From Prevotella sp. (GTDB lineage Bacteria; Bacteroidota; Bacteroidia; Bacteroidales; Bacteroidaceae): 47,214 nt of DNA. Shown piece after piece: positions 40,460 to 47,214 of the stretch. The stretch spans positions 1-47,214 of the forward strand of contig JALEWR010000081.1 of the NCBI GenBank assembly GCA_022783515.1. The letters are read 5' to 3'. The notes below the pieces were generated by a model. That model did not search any database, was not told where the DNA came from, and saw nothing but the letters and a program-made list of their open reading frames with translations. Each line of letters starts with the position of its first letter. Within the stretch, counting starts at the first letter, position 1. Position numbers and translations under genes: made by a program.

Positions 40460-41725
40460 TCATTCTGTCGGTTTCTCGGTTTTGACCAAAAGTCCGTTTA
40501 CTATAAAGTTGTTGCCTGCTTCGATTTCGATGGTGTAAGTGGGGTTTACTGTGGTCTTGTGTGTGATGGAAAGTAGTTTTGTGGCTTCCTTTTTATGGGG
40601 TTGCATCACCTTATCGCCCACTTGCAGTTCTCGTATCTCTTTTTCATGTATATAATTGCTATTCGCTTTATCGGGATTAACAGCACACCAACCCTTTTCG
40701 GGTGTATAAAAAGGATGGTCGTTGGTTACAGAAATCCGTGTGCCATCTTCAAAAACAAGTTCTTCGAGATGAGGGTGTGTGGCTTCAACAAGACGTGTAA
40801 CCTTGGTTTTTATTAGTTCCTGCGTTTTGAAATCATATGTCATAACGATATCCCCATTCTTGATTTGCCGTATCATTTTAGTGGTTTTATCGCCCATAAG
40901 TACACTGCTGTTCCCATCAAAACAATGTACGTCCAGACCGTCGAAATTGATTTCGCTTATCACCACATCATCATATTTCTTGCCCTTGTATATCTTCGTT
41001 ATTTCCAACGACAGGATGAGCGGATGTTCATTGTTGAATGTTGAAAGGGGTTGGATGGCGAAAGTTTGTTGGTTAGGTGCATCTGCCAACTGCAAAAGAG
41101 CGGTGGGCTTGCCGTTGACATACAGTTTCAGCTCTTTCACTCGTGCATTATCCTGCCACAACTGCCTACTTTTAACATATCCGTTCCATATCTTGAGGAT
41201 ATTGGCACGAGGTGAATGGGGAGGAAAACGGAAGCTGACACGCTGCCCCACGGCTTTGTTACCTGCCACAGCCCATGCCGTGAAAAGATTGAAATCGTGT
41301 ATGTTGCCGGGGTCATAGGTGTGCTTTCCTGCCGCAGAAAGGTGAGAAGTGGCATATATGGAGTCGGCTCCTCCGCCACAATACCAGCTGCATCCGTTTC
41401 CAAGGGTGTATGGGCCTTTACCTTCCATCAACATGGAGATGCGTTGTTGCCGTTCTTTGGGTAAGGTCTTGAACAATTCCTCATCGTCATAGGCATGAGT
41501 GGTATCGTCCATTTCTTTTTGCCATAGGTTCACCCCGGCTTGATTATGGGGCAACCAATCCATGTCGTTGCGTTCCACTTTGGGGTGCAACGAAGGTAAT
41601 GCCTCTGCCTTTATGGTCTGCTGCTGTTGCTGTTCTGCCCCCGGAGAATTGAACGAATGCAGGTCGGACGCCTGTCCGCTGAAGATAGAAAGCGGCAGGT
41701 AAAGAAGGGATAAGATTTGTTTCAT
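40460..41725 (-). CDS. Secreted protein: discoidin/NADase-type glycan-binding-like domain plus C-terminal Hint domain
   Basis: Signal-like N-terminus; TAW..IWNGYVKS..NARVK..IYKGKKYDDVVISEI; Hint blocks CFDGNSSVLM, VTNDHPFY, LQVGD, NNFIVNGLLV. Confidence 0.8.
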   Translation of the reverse strand: MKQILSLLYLPLSIFSGQASDLHSFNSPGAEQQQQQTIKAEALPSLHPKVERNDMDWLPHNQAGVNLWQKEMDDTTHAYDDEELFKTLPKERQQRISMLMEGKGPYTLGNGCSWYCGGGADSIYATSHLSAAGKHTYDPGNIHDFNLFTAWAVAGNKAVGQRVSFRFPPHSPRANILKIWNGYVKSRQLWQDNARVKELKLYVNGKPTALLQLADAPNQQTFAIQPLSTFNNEHPLILSLEITKIYKGKKYDDVVISEINFDGLDVHCFDGNSSVLMGDKTTKMIRQIKNGDIVMTYDFKTQELIKTKVTRLVEATHPHLEELVFEDGTRISVTNDHPFYTPEKGWCAVNPDKANSNYIHEKEIRELQVGDKVMQPHKKEATKLLSITHKTTVNPTYTIEIEAGNNFIVNGLLVKTEKPTE

Positions 41726-41842
41726 ATTGCGACGGTTTGATTAATGACTTTCTAGAGTTCGTCGTTTGTGCTGCGAAGGAAGTCAGACATCACTGTAGAA
41801 TGAAAGCAATGGTCAGGAGAATGCTCTTTCCAAATGCTGTTT

Positions 41843-42826
41843 TTATTGATTCTTTCCTTCTTCAGAGGGGGCGGGGGAGGGCTGTCCTCCTATTATCTCA
41901 CTAATGTTATACAGTGGCCTGTTTTTTACTTCGATATATATCTTGCCGACATAGATGCCTATAACACCGATGGAAAGCAAGACACAGCCGCCTAAGAACC
42001 AGAGACTGAGCATCAAAGACGACCAACCGGGAACCGTGTTGTGGTTGATGTACGAATATAAGACATACATGGCACAGAGCAGGCTCAGAAGAATAGAGAA
42101 CAACCCCATATGTATAATAAGGTGGATGGGCTTGACAGAAAACGAGGTGATGCCATCTAACGCCAAGCCTAACATTTTGCTAATGGTATATTTTGAGCTG
42201 CCGGCGTTACGCTCGCTGAGGACATCTTGTACCATGGCACCGGGCAGTCCCATCTGAGGGATGATGCCCCGCAGGTAGAGATTGCGTTCGCCATATTGCG
42301 ACAAGAGAATCAAAGCCCGCTTGCTCATCAACCGGAAGTCGGCATGATTGTACACACTTTTCACGCCCATAGCTTGTTGCAGACGATAGAAAGCCATGGC
42401 AGAATAGCGTTTGAGCAAGGGGTCTGCCTTTCTACATGTCTTCACACCATAGACCACATCCTTGCCATCTTCATAAAGGGCAATCATCTTTGGGATGGCG
42501 TTCAGGTCATCTTGTAGGTCGATATCCATTGTGATGACTGCATCAGCCCACTCTTTGGCTGTCATCATACCCGCCATAATAGCGTTTTGATGACCTACAT
42601 TATTAGTAAGGTTGATGCCTCTCACACGGTTGTTTCGCTGTTGGGCTTCGCATATCAACTGCCATGTGCGGTCTTTACTTCCATCGTTGACCAACACTAT
42701 ACAACTCTTCGGACTGATTATTTTCCGAGCTGTCAGCTCGTTGAAGAGTTGTGTCAGGCGTTCTACCGAGTGATTAATCACCTCTTCTTCGTTGTAGCAG
42801 GGCGATACAATGGCTAATGTTATCAT
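41843..42826 (-). CDS. GT2 glycosyltransferase, polyprenyl-phosphate sugar synthase type (GtrB/ArnC-like)
   Basis: VSPCYNEE, VNDGSKD, NVGHQNA, MDIDLQD, DFRLMS, two C-terminal TM helices, RPLY. Confidence 0.92.
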   Translation of the reverse strand: MITLAIVSPCYNEEEVINHSVERLTQLFNELTARKIISPKSCIVLVNDGSKDRTWQLICEAQQRNNRVRGINLTNNVGHQNAIMAGMMTAKEWADAVITMDIDLQDDLNAIPKMIALYEDGKDVVYGVKTCRKADPLLKRYSAMAFYRLQQAMGVKSVYNHADFRLMSKRALILLSQYGERNLYLRGIIPQMGLPGAMVQDVLSERNAGSSKYTISKMLGLALDGITSFSVKPIHLIIHMGLFSILLSLLCAMYVLYSYINHNTVPGWSSLMLSLWFLGGCVLLSIGVIGIYVGKIYIEVKNRPLYNISEIIGGQPSPAPSEEGKNQ

Positions 42827-43608
42827 GATTGAGCGGTTTTAATCGTAACAAATTCTTGATAGGTGATAAAAGGATAGCCGGCTTTTTTGAGCATCTTGAT
42901 GAGCTTGACTAATCGTACAGTCATCGCCATACCACTGTTATTACGGATGATAAAGGGCAGACGGAAGTCGGGACGAGTATTCAATTCGTAAAATTCCCAG
43001 GGATGAAAATAGGTAACGAAATAACCATCATGATTTAAAACGCGGCGTACCATGGCATGATAAAGCCATTGAGGAAGATTGTGCAGCGAGAGCCAAAACA
43101 AGGGGAAGCGTATCCAAGGCGTAACAGAAGCAGGTATTTGCATCACCCCTTGCTTCATAAAAAAGGTTCGTGGAGCATTTAAGTGCATATAGCGACCGGG
43201 GATAAAAGCAGGATTGAGCGAGGTGTTATAGGTATAACCCGCCTTGGCAATATCGTTGTCGGAGACGTCAAACATACGCGGTTGGCGATAGCCGTACATC
43301 GTTCTGCCACACACTTCTTCTAAAATCTCTTTCGAGCGATACACATCATCGGCTTGATATACCGAATGGTCCACGCCATGACATGCCACCTCATGCCCCT
43401 CGTCCATGATGCGACGCATGATATGAGGAGCATTTTGTGCAAAGTTTCCCGTGCAGAAGAAGGTGGCACGCACATCGTTAGCTTTTAGACAATCGAGGAT
43501 GCGTTCTGTTCCCTCTATCGAAATCTTCATCCCTTCTTCCAAGCTGATGTCCACCCCATGTTCTTTGGGTACGTCAAACTCTTCGGTGTCGAAACTTAGT
43601 AATATCAT
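42823..43608 (-). CDS. Polysaccharide deacetylase (CE4-like) family protein
   Basis: LSFDTEEFD, ATFFCTG, GHEVACHGVDH, GYRQP, YFHPWEF; 4-nt overlap with the GT2 gene; -7 box at 43765-43772. Confidence 0.9.
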   Translation of the reverse strand: MILLSFDTEEFDVPKEHGVDISLEEGMKISIEGTERILDCLKANDVRATFFCTGNFAQNAPHIMRRIMDEGHEVACHGVDHSVYQADDVYRSKEILEEVCGRTMYGYRQPRMFDVSDNDIAKAGYTYNTSLNPAFIPGRYMHLNAPRTFFMKQGVMQIPASVTPWIRFPLFWLSLHNLPQWLYHAMVRRVLNHDGYFVTYFHPWEFYELNTRPDFRLPFIIRNNSGMAMTVRLVKLIKMLKKAGYPFITYQEFVTIKTAQS

Positions 43609-43637
43609 TTTGAGTTATCTTTTATGTTGGTCTTTTT

Positions 43638-43752
43638 CGTTCTTTTCTCGTTCTTCGAAAAGTGCGTTTTTACTCGCAAGCTCATCAATACATATCGCCA
43701 TGGAATAACCCAAGCAAGCTTGGTTCTGCCCATTTGGCTCCATTTAAACGTT
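43638..43752 (-). repeat. Family B structured repeat in the predicted 5' UTR of the deacetylase operon
   Basis: cgttcttttctcgttcttcgaaaagtgcgttt...cgccatggaataacccaagcaagcttggttctgcccatttggct..aaacgtt. Confidence 0.85.
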
Positions 43753-43859
43753 ATTATTTACCTGCAAATGTACAAAAAAATAACTAAGCAACAGTGCTTG
43801 TTATTTATTCTTTTGAAGATAAACCGAGAAAGGAGGAGGAAAGGACTGCCATTATAAAA

Positions 43860-43907
43860 AAGATATAGGGTATATAAGGCTCATAAACCTTATATACCCT
43901 ATATCTT
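43860..43907. repeat. Family C hairpin, perfect 20-bp stem, possible terminator of the TonB receptor gene
   Basis: aagatatagggtatataagg / ccttatataccctatatctt. Confidence 0.8.
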
Positions 43908-43947
43908 GGGGTTGGCACCCTCCTTCTTTGCAAAGGGCAGGGGATAT

Positions 43948-46368
43948 CTAAATCTTCACTGTTACGCCGGCATACCAAGTGGCTCCGAATACGGGGGCAT
44001 ACATAAAGGCAGCATCGTCAATATGTTTTTCGTCTTGGATATAGCTAAAGATGTTTTTACCGCCACCATAAATGGTTATCTTGCTGTTCACTTGTTTTGC
44101 AACGCGAAGATTCCAAAGGGTAAAGGTATTGGTCTTTTTGATCTTTGAGTTTTCAGCTTCTTCAGCATTATAATCAATGTACATATTGCCTTGTAGGTTG
44201 CCATAGAGGGTGAAAGTCCATGTACCCGGGGTATATTCGAGATTGAAATCGCCCGTCATTCCGGGGAAGCGAGAGATGTTGCGACTATCCTTGGCAAAGG
44301 CTGTTTCTGCCCATTCTGCACGAATGTTCTTGAATTTACCTTGGTTGAAAGTCCAGTTCAAACCTGCTTTTAGATTATGTAGGAGATTTACTTTAGCACC
44401 CAACTCTAAGCCTTGGACATAAGCGTCGTCCACGTTTTCCCATTGATAAGTGTAGCCAAGATTGCGTACCTGGTCGCTGATTTGGTCGGTAAACTGAATC
44501 TTGTTCTGCAAATTGGTGCGGAAAAGGTTGGCACTGAGTTGGAAATTCTTGCCGTAATAGTCGGCAGAAAGATTGAAGCTGACTGATTTTTCTGCTTTCA
44601 AATCAGACGACTTCCACACACGAGGCGAACCGGAACATAGGTGCAGGTCTTCAGAAAAACCATAAGGAGCACGGAAACCGGTACCCACGTTAGCACGGAG
44701 AATCAAGTTTTGAGTGGCCTCATATTTCACAGCGATGCGTGGATTGACGCTTGTCTCGTTAAATTTGGTCTTGGGGAAAGCGGCATCGAACACTTTTTTG
44801 TCAGAAGAATATTCCTCGCCCGACTTATGAGTATCTACACGCAAACCGGGAACGATAGAGAGATTGGGCATCACATTCCATTCGTCTTGCAAGAAGAAAC
44901 CCACTTCGGTGGCGTGTTTCTTGCTGATTGAGGTATAGTCTTGACCATAATAGGATGATTCGGGGTCTACTACGGCATACTTTCCTGTTTCGCGAAGTTG
45001 TGTGGTATAAGCCTGAGCTCCCACCAAAAGGTTGTGTCGGCCCAACTTGGTGGAGAAGGTTACAGAGGGTGTGAATGAATTTTCACGAGCCAGATAGGGA
45101 CGCATCGACTCTACATCCGGACTGATAGGCTCGTTGGTTACCGGGTCTTTGTGAGTTTTCTTATAAGAGGTAAGGAAGGTATCGTTGGTGGCATTGCGTT
45201 TGTGATGGACGTAAGCCAGCGACAAGTTCAATTCCGAGCGGCTGCCAATGGGTAGCGTATAGGTGAGGTCGGCACTGAGACGGTTGGTCTTGATTTGCTC
45301 TGTTCCTTCAGAGAAGGGGTTCAAATACAAGTCATCGGCCATCACACCGCCCGCTCTGTCTTCAGACATCGCCTTGCCGCGGAGTACCAGTTTATCGTTG
45401 CGAGTAAAGGGACTGTAAAAGTAGAGGTTGAAGCCGAGGTTGTTGAGGCGGGTTTCCACACGGTCGGAAACACCGTCTTTTTGTTTCACTTCTTGGCGGG
45501 TAAGTCCTACACCGGTCTTGTCTATGGCATCAGACATTAAGCGTTGGGCAAAGACACTCAAACCTATGTTCTCGTTACGAATCGATCCCGAGAGGTTGAA
45601 ACTCTTGTGTCCCCAGTTGCCCATTTGCACGTCGGCCTTGAGAGAAGGCTCAAAAGTGGGTTCTTTAGATATGAGGTTGATGGCACCTGCCACAGCACTG
45701 CTACCGTATAAAGCTGAGCCTGCACCCTTTACCACTTCGATGCGGTCGAGGTCGTCTACACCCATCTGTTGCAAACCATATACACCGGCCAAGCCCGAAT
45801 AGATGGGTTCGCCGTCTACCAGCACCTGTGTATGTTCGGCTCCGAGACCCTGCATACGCACCATTGTGAAGTTACAAGCCTGGCATTGCTGTTCAACACG
45901 CACGCCAGGTACACCTTCGAGAGCATCGAAGAGGTTGAGGGCATTCTTGTTGGTGAGAGCTTTGGAGGTTACCACTTCTGTGCGGATAGGCACGTCTTTG
46001 ATAAAATGTTGGGTACGAGTTCCCGTTACTACCACCTGACTGAGGTCTTTGGCATCGTCTTCCAACACAAAATACACCTCTGTGGCTTTGTTGGCTTCCA
46101 TTACCACGACAATTTCTTGCGGCTTGTAGCCCAATACTTTTGCCTCCACCTTTTGTGTTCCTAAGGGTAGATGAGCCAATTTGAAGTGTCCTGTAGCGTC
46201 GCTTACTGTTTTGAAGGAGGTCCCTTTCACCTGAATTGTTACGAAAGGAATGTGTTCGCCTGTGTTTTTACTCTTCACGTCTCCAAAGAGCATGGCATCT
46301 GTTTTTTGTGCCATCGCTGTGAGGAAACATACCATTGTGAGTAGCAATAATGTAAAATTTCTCTTCAT
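43948..46368 (-). CDS. TonB-dependent receptor with N-terminal carboxypeptidase-regulatory-like domain
   Basis: Signal peptide, GEHIPFVTI, VVVTGTR, plug QQCQACN, RIEVVKGAGSALYGSSAVAGAIN, barrel ending YAGVTVKI; -7 box at 46496-46503. Confidence 0.93.
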   Translation of the reverse strand: MKRNFTLLLLTMVCFLTAMAQKTDAMLFGDVKSKNTGEHIPFVTIQVKGTSFKTVSDATGHFKLAHLPLGTQKVEAKVLGYKPQEIVVVMEANKATEVYFVLEDDAKDLSQVVVTGTRTQHFIKDVPIRTEVVTSKALTNKNALNLFDALEGVPGVRVEQQCQACNFTMVRMQGLGAEHTQVLVDGEPIYSGLAGVYGLQQMGVDDLDRIEVVKGAGSALYGSSAVAGAINLISKEPTFEPSLKADVQMGNWGHKSFNLSGSIRNENIGLSVFAQRLMSDAIDKTGVGLTRQEVKQKDGVSDRVETRLNNLGFNLYFYSPFTRNDKLVLRGKAMSEDRAGGVMADDLYLNPFSEGTEQIKTNRLSADLTYTLPIGSRSELNLSLAYVHHKRNATNDTFLTSYKKTHKDPVTNEPISPDVESMRPYLARENSFTPSVTFSTKLGRHNLLVGAQAYTTQLRETGKYAVVDPESSYYGQDYTSISKKHATEVGFFLQDEWNVMPNLSIVPGLRVDTHKSGEEYSSDKKVFDAAFPKTKFNETSVNPRIAVKYEATQNLILRANVGTGFRAPYGFSEDLHLCSGSPRVWKSSDLKAEKSVSFNLSADYYGKNFQLSANLFRTNLQNKIQFTDQISDQVRNLGYTYQWENVDDAYVQGLELGAKVNLLHNLKAGLNWTFNQGKFKNIRAEWAETAFAKDSRNISRFPGMTGDFNLEYTPGTWTFTLYGNLQGNMYIDYNAEEAENSKIKKTNTFTLWNLRVAKQVNSKITIYGGGKNIFSYIQDEKHIDDAAFMYAPVFGATWYAGVTVKI

Positions 46369-46892
46369 CTTTTTATATTTGTGTATTTTGTATAAAGTTG
46401 GTTACAATAGAGAGTTCAAACACATTCAGACTTACTAAGAAGTGAGTCGGGCTGTTTGTAAATTTTCTTTTCTTCCATTTGAATGAAATCAGGTGCAAAG
46501 TTAATAGAGTTAATAAGTCTGGACAATACTCATTAATTAGTATATTTTCACAAAACGAAACAAGAAATAGTATGTAATAGGTAAAGGTATCACTATTTTT
46601 TAGTAGGTAGAATTGGCCATTACTCTGGTTGTGTCTATTATAGAATATTATGTGTGGGGTGGAAAGTGTGATTGCGGTTTGTAGAGTTGGTGTGATGGCC
46701 GATTTTGTTGCGTATGGATAGTGTGGGAGAATGTGTGTGAATTTTTAACTTAAAAAACTCCGGAATTTAACGTTTTGAAAATTCATGAAATAGAAATGCC
46801 AAGGAGAAAATGTGGCGGTTGGGGTGTATAAAATAGGGTGTTGAAAATGCCAAGAATGAGGCTTTATGGCTGAAACATATAGATATAGAACG

Positions 46893-47009
46893 CAATTGAG
46901 GCTGTTTTGCAAAGCAAAAGCATAGCTTTCGGAGGGTAAAAGGATAGGTTTTGCAAGGTAAAAGCATAGGTTTTGGCAGCCAATTGGTGCTGTTTTGCAA
47001 GATAAAGGA
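46893..47009. repeat. 22-bp-period array mixing both core types
   Basis: Units at 46893, 46915, 46937, 46959, 46981 and a partial unit at 47003. Confidence 0.85.
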
Positions 47010-47214
47010 AGTGTACTGAAGTTGGAATGATTTGTATCTTGTTGATTAGCAGTGTGTTGTGAAATTCGTTTGAAACTTGCGTATTTCGAGCCAAAGGAAA
47101 AGAAAAACAAAATGGGGGGCAAAATTTTAAACGAAAAAGGATTTATAAGCGGCAGTTAGTTGCATATACACAACTAACAGCGTTGAGTGGACAAGGAAAT
47201 GATTTGTTGGTTGA

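Noticed and set aside
40460-40924. Canonical intein or polymorphic toxin
   Set aside because: It lacks the terminal His-Asn and +1 nucleophile, a C-extein, an endonuclease, a toxin domain and an immunity gene.
46369-46503. Cobalamin or TPP riboswitch before the TonB receptor
   Set aside because: The leader is short and AT-rich with only one small hairpin (about 46427-46450); no B12 box or TPP consensus is seen.
46745-47122. Three overlapping minus-strand ORFs at the window end
   Set aside because: They span the 22-bp array, are open in several frames and have no protein-like features.

Overview
A 47-kb chromosomal segment of a Bacteroidota genome, most likely Prevotellaceae (TAnnTTTG -7 promoter boxes, a T9SS-type C-terminus, Bacteroidales gene order). 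It is mostly core genes: a C10 cysteine protease, a P1B metal ATPase, rimP-nusA-infB, sufBCDS, a Dna2-like nuclease-helicase, clpS-clpA, a xanthine permease with xpt, a YccA/BI-1 protein, tRNA-Asn, an S41 protease, a PAP2-barrel protein, GH2, lgt, ychF, a small ORF-TonB receptor-HMA operon, a deacetylase/GT2/GT87 set, a secreted protein with a C-terminal Hint domain and a second TonB receptor. I found no transposase, integrase, phage or cas gene. The unexplained signal is largely non-coding. Several families of palindromic intergenic repeats are stacked in modules, including arrays of 17-bp quasi-palindromes in strict 22-bp phase and a sense-oriented hairpin repeat with compensatory base changes. 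The best protein-level candidates are the Hint-domain protein (predicted to cleave but not splice), a likely leaderless Cys/His/PP leader ORF ahead of a metal TonB receptor, and a possible three-gene amino-sugar envelope-modification pathway. All calls come from motif reading by eye; no searches were run, so novelty is untested.
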